Shown here piece by piece: positions 29,214-38,668 of a stretch of 64,000 nucleotides of DNA. Position numbers and translations under genes: made by a program. The stretch is taken from sequence record NC_135730.1. One strand, 5' to 3'. A model generated the notes under the pieces. That model was given only the letters and a program-made list of their open reading frames with translations, was not told the DNA's origin and made no database searches. The DNA is from a phage. Positions within the stretch are counted from its first letter, which is position 1. Every line of letters starts with the position of its first letter.

Positions 29214-30704
29214 GTGGCTAAGTATGGATTGACAGAGGCTGGTTTCGTTATACCAACCCTAAATGACCTAATCGTTGAAACTAAGCAAAGCCTGATCCGT
29301 GCTTTTGGCGAAAACTTCAACGTACAGAGTAACTCCGTTGCAGATAAGCTGACCACTATCTTCAACGAGCGAGAGTATCAACTTATTCTTATGGCAGCAT
29401 CTGTATACGCATCACAGACGCTGTATGGGGCAGAAGGTATTTACCTGGATGAGCTTCTTGGAAGACAGGGTATTTACCGAAGAGGCCGTTCTAAATCATC
29501 AGGTACCTGCCAGTTGACAATCAACACAACTGTGCCGTACAATATGATTTATGATTCCAAAACTTATACGCTGGACAGTGGCAACTTTGTTCTTAGTAAT
29601 GATGTGCAAGTAGCAGGGAATCTTATTGCTCACAGAATAAATGCTCCGGACCTAAGGATTGGTAAATACAACTTTCAAATTACCAACCAGACAGATGGAA
29701 GTATCAAAACAAAAAGCCTGGTTTTAACAGATAAGTCTCTGGACTCTTCTGATTTGCCAAGCTTTTACGGAGAGATTAAGCAATTCATTGTCGATAATAC
29801 AACCCTGTTGAACGACGATTTGATTCAGATCGATATGTTGACAGGAACGTTGTGGATAGGGTACAATTCGAATCTTGATCAAGTTGGACTTAATAGCAGG
29901 GTAGATTTCAGAGTATCCCCGATTGTAGGGGAAAGAACTATCACACTGGATGTTATCGCTAACGAGGCTGGTGAGCTGTCAAGAGAGGCAGAAACCGTGA
30001 CAACAATGTCACCTACTCCCAGTGGATTCATCAAGCTTACCAACCGAGAAAGATTCAATGAGGGCAGGGATGTTGAGAAAGACTCAGAGTATCGCTTAAG
30101 AGCTTCCAGCACAAAACAGTTAACATCTAAGGCTACCCGTCCTGCAATCCTTAGCGCTGTAAGCGAGGTGAAAGGTGTTGAGAAAGTGAGAGTGTTCTCT
30201 AACAATACCGATAAAACTGATGCTAAAGGTATACCTCCTTACAAGTTCCAAGTGGTTGTGTTTGGTGGTGCAACGGAGGACATTTGCCAAGCACTTTACC
30301 AAACTATAGCCTGTACGAACAGGACTTATGGTAATATTTTCTACGATGTCGCTACATCTGACGGTCAAACTGAAAGAATTTATTACTCCAAGGCAAATAC
30401 CTACCGCCTAGATGTAAGAATTACCTATTCCGGCGCTGCGCTTTCCACAACCGAAAAAGATGCCATTGTAGAGGCTCTTTTGCAGGTTGTTAACGGACTG
30501 GATGTTGCAGATACGTTGTACAATATCCAATTGGTCGGTGCTGCATCCGCTGCTGTGTCGATAGGTAGATTTAATAGACTGGTAATTCAAGTTAAACCAG
30601 TAGGAGCTTCTGATGAAGCTTACACTACAAACGATATTGTTGCGAACATGACCGAGGTGTTTGACCTCGACGAAAGTAATATAACTTTCCAACAAACTAT
30701 TTAA
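29214..30704 (+). CDS. baseplate wedge protein (Baseplate_J / gp6-like)
   Basis: GTG start after GGAGGAG; conserved DSEYRLRA motif matching DTDYRLRI of P2 gpJ; downstream of promoter 29152-29180. Confidence 0.45.
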   Translation: MAKYGLTEAGFVIPTLNDLIVETKQSLIRAFGENFNVQSNSVADKLTTIFNEREYQLILMAASVYASQTLYGAEGIYLDELLGRQGIYRRGRSKSSGTCQLTINTTVPYNMIYDSKTYTLDSGNFVLSNDVQVAGNLIAHRINAPDLRIGKYNFQITNQTDGSIKTKSLVLTDKSLDSSDLPSFYGEIKQFIVDNTTLLNDDLIQIDMLTGTLWIGYNSNLDQVGLNSRVDFRVSPIVGERTITLDVIANEAGELSREAETVTTMSPTPSGFIKLTNRERFNEGRDVEKDSEYRLRASSTKQLTSKATRPAILSAVSEVKGVEKVRVFSNNTDKTDAKGIPPYKFQVVVFGGATEDICQALYQTIACTNRTYGNIFYDVATSDGQTERIYYSKANTYRLDVRITYSGAALSTTEKDAIVEALLQVVNGLDVADTLYNIQLVGAASAAVSIGRFNRLVIQVKPVGASDEAYTTNDIVANMTEVFDLDESNITFQQTI

Positions 30705-30715
30705 GGCGGCGAGAT

Positions 30716-31402
30716 ATGGCAGAGATTAAGTCGGATGTTAACCACATCCACACTCTGCCAGATTTTGTTCAGGGAGGTCTTGACTACCTACCTGGAGATT
30801 TTCTGGCTGAGAAGGTTAATTTAGTCACATTCTTAACCGTATACCTTAAAAGGTTGGAGGATGTTGATAAGATGCTGGTAGGTTTGGCTGAAGGAAGATT
30901 GCTTAACAATGCCAGCGGAAGATACCTTGACGAAGTTGGTAATCAACTTGGTATTCTTAGGAATGGACTTTCAGATGCTGATTTTCGTGCCACACTAATT
31001 ATTCAGCAGGCCGCAGCATCAAGGGGCGGGACTCGCGAAGATGTCATCTCCACCTTGCGACAATTGTTCGGAAGAGACAATTTCGATACGTGGAAAGGAG
31101 ACAACTTCAGGTTTGACATAAATATTAGAAAAACTTGCTTTGACATATTGCAGTCTATCGATCAGATCTTAGATATGCTACCATTACCTTGTCATTTGCG
31201 TCTTACAGAATCGCAAGGGCAAGCTTTTGGTTTTGAAGGGGACTCTACAGCTCTTGGCTTCGGATCAGTGTGGGAAGAAAGCCAATTCGGAGTTGGTGGG
31301 CTGGCTACTTTGCTATATGTTCCTGACGTAAGACCTGATTGGGACACCACAACCATTTATTGTGAAAGTATTACAGTAAACGCAACTAGACAGGAGGGTT
31401 AA
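30716..31402 (+). CDS. putative tail protein I-like baseplate protein
   Basis: 228-aa ORF following the Baseplate_J-like gene; motif LDEVGNQLGILRNGLSDADFR resembles gpI-family proteins. Confidence 0.35.
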   Translation: MAEIKSDVNHIHTLPDFVQGGLDYLPGDFLAEKVNLVTFLTVYLKRLEDVDKMLVGLAEGRLLNNASGRYLDEVGNQLGILRNGLSDADFRATLIIQQAAASRGGTREDVISTLRQLFGRDNFDTWKGDNFRFDINIRKTCFDILQSIDQILDMLPLPCHLRLTESQGQAFGFEGDSTALGFGSVWEESQFGVGGLATLLYVPDVRPDWDTTTIYCESITVNATRQEG

Positions 31403-33474
31403 TGGCAACAGCTGTTTTTAAACCTTACCGTGATTACTCTACAATGGCTGCACAGTTTCATTACCGAACAGTTCAGGATACTGCCGTTCCTGGTAGGGAT
31501 TATAATCATGTTGAGGGCGATGTAACTATCCCAATTGGGGCAACCAGTATTGAGATCCCCGTGGAAATTGTTGACAAATTACCCAACAGGTTGCCAAGAA
31601 GCTTCTTTATGGAGTTTTCATCAAAATCTCAAGGGGTGATGATTGGAACACAAAGGGCGAAATGTACAATAGTTTCAGATGAGAATCTTGACAGGATATC
31701 TTGGGATACTGTTGAGGAGAGAATGTTTCACCCAAGGTATTGGGTTACAACTACTCAGCAGACTGAAAGTACCTGTATTGTTGCAGATAACAACTGTTGT
31801 ATTAACCGTTTAGTGTCAAGAACATATGGAGGTATGGCTGGGTGCATTTGGGAAACAGTTGACAAGTATGACCATTTCGGTATTGGGTTTGATGATCACT
31901 ATGAGATGAGAAACACCAAGCTTTGGTTCAGAATGTCAATAACCAATGCCAGCAACTTCTCCACCCCTGAAAAGATGATTATGACTGTAGACCTTGTTGA
32001 TGGCACAATCATCTATGTTCCTTTAGCTCAATATGCTGTCAGCATCTCAGAGGATAAGAATGTTGCAGAGATTCATATTGATTTCGAGGACTGCGTCGGG
32101 ATGGATCAGAACAACAACATGATGGGTGTTGATCCTCGGCAGGTGAGAAGGATTTTAATACCGCTTATGCCTAAAGACTGGGTAAGTAATAGCACAGACC
32201 CGAGAACGGAAAATGTAGAGTGTGAGTTGCGCCTAGATCTGCTTCAGCCAGACACGGGCTGGAAAATGATGGAACTTAACAATATTCAGGTTAAAGAGCA
32301 CGACGTCGGGATCTGCACCGCATATGACGATATGTGGAACGTATCTCCTTTAAGGGTGTTGAACAATATCAAGCGTCTGGGCTATACCGGAACCATAAAC
32401 CATTATGTTGGTATGAGTCATTATTATGACTACACATGGTCAGGAACCCAATGGTCTATAAACAGAACAGGGGCGCTAAACGCTGCAGCTTATAAATGGC
32501 ATGATGATTTTATGTACAATGCCAAACGACATAACTTCGACGTTATGCAATCTGTAAGTTTTGAGCTTTTCAGCGATGCCTGCCCGTTGGAATGGACCCA
32601 AAGAGACTGGAACGATAACTACGCTAAAACAGGGTATACACCCTGTAGCTACCTCCTGTCTCCAACCATTGAAGAGGGTATGAATTTCCTTACTGCAGTA
32701 TTTAAGAATTTTGCATCAGCCGCTATGAGAAACAACCTGCCAGTGATTATGCAGGTTGGTGAACCATGGTGGTGGTACAATACCGATACTCGTAGACCTT
32801 GTATTTATGATTACCCTACAAAGCAGGCGTTTTATGATGAGACAGGTGAGTATGCATTAGATATTGGGACTATTGACGATCCTAAAACTGGCGGTGTTTA
32901 CGACAAGTATGTAGCATTTTGTCGTGGTAAGCTTGGAGCTCGTATTGCGGCTATTTCAAAGGCAATAAAGGCACACGCTGCATCAGCTCAGATGACAGCT
33001 CTGCTGTTTTTCCCAACCATTATGGAAACCGAGCTTACGCAAAAGCTGAACCTTGCTGACCAATATAAAAAGGAAGCAGGTGCTCTTGATTTCTTCTGCA
33101 CCGAGTGCTACGATTGGGTGATGCAGGGAGGTATTGAAAAGGCAAAAGAGTCTGTAAACATACCTATCGTTAAGTTAGGTTGGCAACCGTCTGAAATACA
33201 ATACCTTGCAGGGTTCGTTCCTAGTAAAGAGCTTGCTCCGGTATATGGCTACGACCCAACCAGGAATTACCAAGAATTTTTATGGAGATGTATCTGCGGA
33301 AACATGGCAACCATAGAGTATAGATACCCTGAGGTAAAACAGTATGTGTGGGCATACCCGCAAGTAATGTCTGACAGCATCACTGTTACAGCCAGAGATT
33401 CTACCGTGCTTCATATGGGGCAGGTTGCTCTGAAAGGGTATGTAGAAGATGTTGTCCCTCCAGACTTCTCATAA
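31402..33474 (+). CDS. tail-associated protein with Calx-beta-like N-terminal domain
   Basis: N-terminal pattern DYNHVEGDVTIPIGATSIEIPVEIVDK resembles Calx-beta; large C-terminal domain of unknown, possibly enzymatic, function. Confidence 0.35.
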   Translation: MATAVFKPYRDYSTMAAQFHYRTVQDTAVPGRDYNHVEGDVTIPIGATSIEIPVEIVDKLPNRLPRSFFMEFSSKSQGVMIGTQRAKCTIVSDENLDRISWDTVEERMFHPRYWVTTTQQTESTCIVADNNCCINRLVSRTYGGMAGCIWETVDKYDHFGIGFDDHYEMRNTKLWFRMSITNASNFSTPEKMIMTVDLVDGTIIYVPLAQYAVSISEDKNVAEIHIDFEDCVGMDQNNNMMGVDPRQVRRILIPLMPKDWVSNSTDPRTENVECELRLDLLQPDTGWKMMELNNIQVKEHDVGICTAYDDMWNVSPLRVLNNIKRLGYTGTINHYVGMSHYYDYTWSGTQWSINRTGALNAAAYKWHDDFMYNAKRHNFDVMQSVSFELFSDACPLEWTQRDWNDNYAKTGYTPCSYLLSPTIEEGMNFLTAVFKNFASAAMRNNLPVIMQVGEPWWWYNTDTRRPCIYDYPTKQAFYDETGEYALDIGTIDDPKTGGVYDKYVAFCRGKLGARIAAISKAIKAHAASAQMTALLFFPTIMETELTQKLNLADQYKKEAGALDFFCTECYDWVMQGGIEKAKESVNIPIVKLGWQPSEIQYLAGFVPSKELAPVYGYDPTRNYQEFLWRCICGNMATIEYRYPEVKQYVWAYPQVMSDSITVTARDSTVLHMGQVALKGYVEDVVPPDFS

Positions 33475-33486
33475 TCAGGAGATAAA

Positions 33487-34527
33487 ATGTCAAAACCTAG
33501 TTTTCCATTAGAGATTTGGGCAGAGGAGGATCAGGTTCTGCCTAACACCCACAGACAGAACAGGCTACGCCCGATTGATGATTTGTGGAGAAAAGGTTGG
33601 GATCTTGGTCAAAAGCCATCCTGTGAAGAACTTAACTATATTTTCAATATGCTCGGAACTTGGGCAAAATACATTGCTGACGAGCAGATCCCCGCTCAAG
33701 AAGGCCGTTATCTGGTACGTGATAATAACTTGAGCGATCTTTTGAACATCCCTGTTGCCCGTAGAAACCTTGGGATTATCACTAAGGAAGAGGCAGACGC
33801 CAGGTATGTAAAAGTTACAGGTGATACAATGACAGGCCCCTTGGGGTTGCAACGTATCAACTTTAAAGCTGCCGAGACAGATAAGGCTTGGATAGAGACA
33901 ACTATTGGCCCGGATAAGACAACTCTCGACTTTGGGTTAAGTGATAATGCTGGGTCGTTTGATGATGGTGGTACATCTACGGTAGATGCGTTTCGTTGGA
34001 GATTCCAGCCAACTCAGCCGGATATTAATCCAGAGTTCACTTTGATGTACCTTAACGCGATCACGGCTAATCGTGCGCTGTTGAAAGTGGTAGGCAATGT
34101 TGAAGTTGTCGATAACATGAGGTGCAATAACCTTACTATCAGCAATACAGCAACATTCACCAACTGTAATGTGGCTAGTCAGTTGACGGCTGGGTCAGTA
34201 TATGTTAATGGTGGTGCAAGTTGTGACAGTATGGTTGTAAGAAGTCAGCACTGTGTTGTCGGTAACAGAAATGTGGTGCGCTCTGTGAATGGAGTGACGG
34301 CTAACGGTAACGGTGATGTAACAATCACTATCCCGCAGACAGGTGTGCAAGACATCAGAATCGGTGCAAGACTTGTTGACGGCGTTTCCGAATCTCCAAT
34401 TCGCAACGGCTACGTTGTCACAGGCTGGCATTTCGGTGACAAAAAAGAGATGCGTGGTTCAACCTACTGGGCAGGACCTTTACAAAAACTTGTAAACGGT
34501 CAATGGATCACTGTTAATTATGCATAG
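33487..34527 (+). CDS. tail fibre protein (paralog 1)
   Basis: 346-aa ORF sharing N-terminus (PLEIWA..D.VL.NT) and C-terminus (QKLVNGQWIT..YA) with 35542-36585; followed by a Tfa-like gene. Confidence 0.5.
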   Translation: MSKPSFPLEIWAEEDQVLPNTHRQNRLRPIDDLWRKGWDLGQKPSCEELNYIFNMLGTWAKYIADEQIPAQEGRYLVRDNNLSDLLNIPVARRNLGIITKEEADARYVKVTGDTMTGPLGLQRINFKAAETDKAWIETTIGPDKTTLDFGLSDNAGSFDDGGTSTVDAFRWRFQPTQPDINPEFTLMYLNAITANRALLKVVGNVEVVDNMRCNNLTISNTATFTNCNVASQLTAGSVYVNGGASCDSMVVRSQHCVVGNRNVVRSVNGVTANGNGDVTITIPQTGVQDIRIGARLVDGVSESPIRNGYVVTGWHFGDKKEMRGSTYWAGPLQKLVNGQWITVNYA

Positions 34528-34541
34528 ATCGGAGGACTAGC

Positions 34542-35126
34542 ATGAAAATACTTCAAGAGTTTAAACTTTACCAACCGGGATCTGGCGAATACCACTCCAA
34601 CAAGGAAACCAAGGAGCTGACCCCTCAAGAGGTTGAGGATTACACCGCATACACTGGGTATTTTTTACGTAATGATGATGGCGATTGGTATGTGCAGTCA
34701 CGAACATTACGACAAGAAAATCCGGGTTGTATCTTCCTACTTGTTGACGAGAAGGGAATTCTTAAGACATCTACAGAAGAACCTGATGCCTTATGGCCTG
34801 CTCCAGGTCTTCGTGTGGTTATCGCCAAAAAAGAAGAGGTACCAGAAAACATTATGCTTCACCACGACGCTTTGCGTTTAGTTGGTGATGAATTTGTCAC
34901 AGATAATGAATTCTTTGTTCAACAGGCAGAGGGTGTCATAGAGACAGAACTTGCTTGGGCTACTGCTAGAATTGGTGCCTATCAAGACATGATTGACCTT
35001 GAATATGATCTTACTGATGACCAGAAACGTAACATCAGAGATTTGAAAATGTACAGGGTAAAACTTCTTGAAATAGATACATCTAAAGCCCCTGACATTT
35101 TCTTCCCGGAGCGACCTACCCTCTAA
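34542..35126 (+). CDS. tail fibre assembly protein (Tfa / gpG-like)
   Basis: C-terminal motif MYRVKLLEIDTSKAPDIFFPERP typical of caudoviral tail fibre assembly chaperones. Confidence 0.55.
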   Translation: MKILQEFKLYQPGSGEYHSNKETKELTPQEVEDYTAYTGYFLRNDDGDWYVQSRTLRQENPGCIFLLVDEKGILKTSTEEPDALWPAPGLRVVIAKKEEVPENIMLHHDALRLVGDEFVTDNEFFVQQAEGVIETELAWATARIGAYQDMIDLEYDLTDDQKRNIRDLKMYRVKLLEIDTSKAPDIFFPERPTL

Positions 35127-35137
35127 GAGGAGGTGTT

Positions 35138-35452
35138 GTGGAGTTGGATTTGGCGGCATTGTACGGTATCTGCATGGGTACCGTTGTCCCGATCTGTGTA
35201 TGGGCTTTCAACCAGTGGCACACCAAATGGAAAGGCATTTCCAAGAGGTTGGATGAACTGGAGAAAGACCTCATCTTAGTGAAAAACAGTATGGTTACAA
35301 AAGATAAACTTGATTCCGTTATCGAGACCCGGTTAAGCAAGCTAGAGGCCGATATTAACGACCTTAAGCAGGATGTCAGGACAGATGTCTCCGGTATCCG
35401 AGCTGATGTACAAAAGATTTTGCACATGCTCGTAGAGCATAGTAAAAGGTAA
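35138..35452 (+). CDS. small membrane protein with N-terminal TM helix and coiled-coil tail
   Basis: GTG start after AAGAGGAGG; hydrophobic LAALYGICMGTVVPICVWAF segment followed by a heptad-rich region. Confidence 0.35.
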   Translation: MELDLAALYGICMGTVVPICVWAFNQWHTKWKGISKRLDELEKDLILVKNSMVTKDKLDSVIETRLSKLEADINDLKQDVRTDVSGIRADVQKILHMLVEHSKR

Positions 35453-35461
35453 ACAAAGGTC

Positions 35462-35493
35462 AGAACGGAAAGGACTCCGTTCTTGCATTTTGT
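35462..35493 (+). terminator. intrinsic terminator
   Basis: AGAACGGA ... TCCGTTCT hairpin followed by TGCATTTTG. Confidence 0.45.
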
Positions 35494-35511
35494 TCTCTAA
35501 AGTGTTAAAAT
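35483..35511 (+). promoter_or_regulatory. sigma70-like promoter with extended -10
   Basis: TTGCAT -17- TGtTAAAAT, overlapping the 3' arm of terminator 35462-35493. Confidence 0.45.
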
Positions 35512-35541
35512 AGTCCTAAGGAATTTTCTCAGGAGAACGCG

Positions 35542-36585
35542 ATGACTAAACCAGTTATCCCTCTTGATATTTGGGCCAATCAGGATGTTGTGCTTGAAAA
35601 TACGGGAGAGTTGAATAAGTCTCAACCAAAAAAAGAAGAGAGATTGAAAGGTTGGGATATGACACAAAGAGTGGCATGTGAAGTTGTTAACTTTGAACTT
35701 CACATGCTTTCTGCGTGGTTAAAGCATCTAACAGAAGATGTTGTCCCAGGATGGGATAATAGATTCTTAAGGGTCACTAATAATCTAGCAGACGTTCCAG
35801 ACAAAGCTGCTGCACGTCAAGTTCTCAACGTATACTCGCCTGAAGAAATGGACGATCTGTATGTTGACAAGTCTGGAGACATAATGACTCAGACTCAAAC
35901 TTTAGGCCTTCAAAGAATCGAGTTTGCATCTGCGTCGACAGACAATGCGGCAATATATACCACCATAACCTCAGACAAGACGATGATGGATTTCTGGATT
36001 ATGGACAACATCGGTGGTGCTGACGGCACAGATCTTGATGATCCTTCCCACCAAATAGACGGGTTCCGTTGGAGATTTCAGCCTTCTGGTGGGCAGCCTG
36101 TGTTTTCGGCTATGAAGCTCAATGCTATAACTGCCAACCGTGCAAGACTGGCTATCCAAGGAAATCTTGAATGCAACGATGCAAAAAGTTCCTCTGCAAA
36201 TGCCAATGCAGTTACTATACCAAGAGCCACTGTTAATGGACAACAATCCTGTGGAAGCGCTCAAATAGGTGGAAGAGTTGATTGTAACGATGAAACCGTC
36301 AGGGGCCAATATGCAACAGTTGGTGGAAGAAACGTGGTCCGTAGGGTAAATGGTAACAGCGCAGACGGTAGTGGTAACCTTACTATCCCTATGCCCAGCA
36401 GAGGGGTTGATGATGTAAGGATAGCAAACCGTTTCAAAACCACCTACAGAGAGTCAAGGGTCTACCCCGGACATGTGATGTGCTCTGGTAACTACGCTTA
36501 TAAACACCCTTATCAAGGTGATTACTGGACAGGTGCTATCCAAAAACTTGTAAATGGTCAATGGATCACCATATCTTATGCTTAA
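35542..36585 (+). CDS. tail fibre protein (paralog 2)
   Basis: 347-aa ORF with termini homologous to 33487-34527 and a divergent central region; own promoter at 35483-35511. Confidence 0.5.
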   Translation: MTKPVIPLDIWANQDVVLENTGELNKSQPKKEERLKGWDMTQRVACEVVNFELHMLSAWLKHLTEDVVPGWDNRFLRVTNNLADVPDKAAARQVLNVYSPEEMDDLYVDKSGDIMTQTQTLGLQRIEFASASTDNAAIYTTITSDKTMMDFWIMDNIGGADGTDLDDPSHQIDGFRWRFQPSGGQPVFSAMKLNAITANRARLAIQGNLECNDAKSSSANANAVTIPRATVNGQQSCGSAQIGGRVDCNDETVRGQYATVGGRNVVRRVNGNSADGSGNLTIPMPSRGVDDVRIANRFKTTYRESRVYPGHVMCSGNYAYKHPYQGDYWTGAIQKLVNGQWITISYA

Positions 36586-36596
36586 AAAGAGGGTAA

Positions 36597-36863
36597 ATGA
36601 AACTAACTCAGTTTTTATGGGGACTGGTTGCGGCATCTGATGACCCTACGAAAGTGTCCCAATCTAAGCTATGGTCGAACATAGGCATGGCGGTGATGAC
36701 TGGGGTGTTTATTCATATGGGGTATAATGATACGCTTCCTGAATGGTATGCGTGGATATACGCGCCTTCAGTAGCTTGCCCCCAGCTTATTAGCAAATTC
36801 ATCTCGCTCCGGTGGGGTTGCCAGCACCCTGACCACGTTAAAAACGAAGAGCAAAAAGCTTAA
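36597..36863 (+). CDS. small hydrophobic protein
   Basis: 88-aa ORF with hydrophobic stretches (IGMAVMTGVFIHMG); RBS AGAGGG. Confidence 0.3.
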   Translation: MKLTQFLWGLVAASDDPTKVSQSKLWSNIGMAVMTGVFIHMGYNDTLPEWYAWIYAPSVACPQLISKFISLRWGCQHPDHVKNEEQKA

Positions 36864-36872
36864 GGAGAAATC

Positions 36873-38618
36873 ATGGCGCAAGACATGACAAGCTTTGAGC
36901 AGGCGGTAGATCAAGTAATTGTTGATTCTGAACGTTTGCACCTGATTGTCAACGGTAACGCTGTGGATGAAGTTGTCGTAGAGGATGGGACCACCATCCC
37001 TACGGTACGAAAAGCCATGCTTGACACCCTTTATTTTAAAACGCCACCGATCCCTTGGGCGTATGGTGCATCCACAACAGTTTTTAACCAGCTGTATGAG
37101 TTTAAAGGGGATACAGGCCCTCAGTGGTGGTACGCTCCCGCAGCATCAAAATCTAACCCGGTTAGAATGCCAGCAGATCCTTCACAATCTCCAAACTGGA
37201 GATTATACACCGACTCTGCAGTAATGGCAAAATACTACGCAAAACTTAACAGCCCAAGGTTCGAAGGTGACCCGCGAGTACCTACACCTCCAATGGACGA
37301 TAAGTCAGAGTCCATAGCAAACACAGAGTTTGTTGTTGACTATGTTGATAGCATATTTAAAGCCATGGAAGGGATGAAAGTTACTGTAGGGTCTTTGGTG
37401 GTAAAAGGTCTTACAGAACTCGCTAACACTATAGTTGGTGGCACCCTTACCTTACATGGACCTGTTAATGGGGCAGATTCTACTGCACGCTTCAGGAATC
37501 TAATCCTCACGGCAAATACTTCTACACTTACTTTTGCGTGGAGCGATCCTAAGCATGCAGACTGGAGAAGCACAGAGCTGCAACCTCATGAAGTGTCCAC
37601 CCACAGGATTATAGCTGACACTATAACTTCTGGGAAACCAGTGGCTAATAATAACGATGTGCATTTTGATGGTCTAGGTAATAACTTTTTTGACTACGTG
37701 TACATTCGTGGTAATGCCATGAAGGCAGCAACCGAACCGACATTACAGGTTGATGGGACCACCAGGGTTAAGAACCTTGAGGTGACAGGTACCGTTACAG
37801 GGATAACCTACTCTGTCGATGGCACCATGATCTACCCTAGCTATATTGAAAGCACGGGTGATGCATTGATAAATGGCGATTTGGAGGTTGGCGGGTCTGT
37901 AGTTATTCGAGGTACAGCCTCTATCCAAAATATAGCTCTGAATACTCTAAGAGTCAATGAGCGTGCAACTTTTGAAGGAGAAGGGCTTACAGCTAATAAA
38001 GGTACAATTACCGAGCTGACAACCACCACTTTAACTGCAACAACTGCAAACTCTGAAAACTGCAACGTTACCAGAAACTTGCAGGTAAATGGAGATGTTA
38101 GTTTAAACGCAGCAGGGACGGGCACCACCTACCTTCACAACCTTGAAATATCCGGCACAGTGACTGGGTGGCTGCCAGACTTCTCTAATGTCAACTTTGT
38201 TTGTAATGGCATTAACTCCAGTGGCAAGATAACCACCTCTCAAGAAATTGAGGCGGGTAAAACCATTACTGCCCCTACTTTCCACGCAGGAAAGGTAGAT
38301 TTTGATTTAGAGGAGGTTGACGCGTCCAGTGGGACATGGACACCTAACGGGCAGGCCAGTATGTATGTTGTCCACGCGAAAGGGGATTTTACAATAGGAC
38401 AATGGCCTGGTACATCAGCGGAAGATAAACCTTATCCATTCACTGCGGTTATCTATGTCATTCAGGATGCTGTAGGTCACAACGTGACTTTGCACGATAA
38501 GTATGCTATCCTGTCGGCAACGCCTGTTATTAATAACAAGGCTAATAGTGTTACCTTGCTGCAATTAACATATTGTGGTGTTGGTGATATCGTAGACGTA
38601 GTAATTGCACAACGTTAA
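36873..38618 (+). CDS. tail fibre protein
   Basis: 581-aa ORF with fibre-like N-terminal motif (SIANTEFVVDYV) and Thr/Gly-rich repetitive beta segments; RBS AAGGAGA. Confidence 0.45.
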   Translation: MAQDMTSFEQAVDQVIVDSERLHLIVNGNAVDEVVVEDGTTIPTVRKAMLDTLYFKTPPIPWAYGASTTVFNQLYEFKGDTGPQWWYAPAASKSNPVRMPADPSQSPNWRLYTDSAVMAKYYAKLNSPRFEGDPRVPTPPMDDKSESIANTEFVVDYVDSIFKAMEGMKVTVGSLVVKGLTELANTIVGGTLTLHGPVNGADSTARFRNLILTANTSTLTFAWSDPKHADWRSTELQPHEVSTHRIIADTITSGKPVANNNDVHFDGLGNNFFDYVYIRGNAMKAATEPTLQVDGTTRVKNLEVTGTVTGITYSVDGTMIYPSYIESTGDALINGDLEVGGSVVIRGTASIQNIALNTLRVNERATFEGEGLTANKGTITELTTTTLTATTANSENCNVTRNLQVNGDVSLNAAGTGTTYLHNLEISGTVTGWLPDFSNVNFVCNGINSSGKITTSQEIEAGKTITAPTFHAGKVDFDLEEVDASSGTWTPNGQASMYVVHAKGDFTIGQWPGTSAEDKPYPFTAVIYVIQDAVGHNVTLHDKYAILSATPVINNKANSVTLLQLTYCGVGDIVDVVIAQR

Positions 38619-38628
38619 TATATATCTA

Positions 38629-38655
38629 ACCGCTCCTGACGGGGCGGTTTTCTTA
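38629..38655 (+). terminator. intrinsic terminator
   Basis: ACCGCTCC-tgac-GGGGCGGT then TTTCTT. Confidence 0.5.
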
Positions 38656-38668
38656 TCTGGAGAACACA

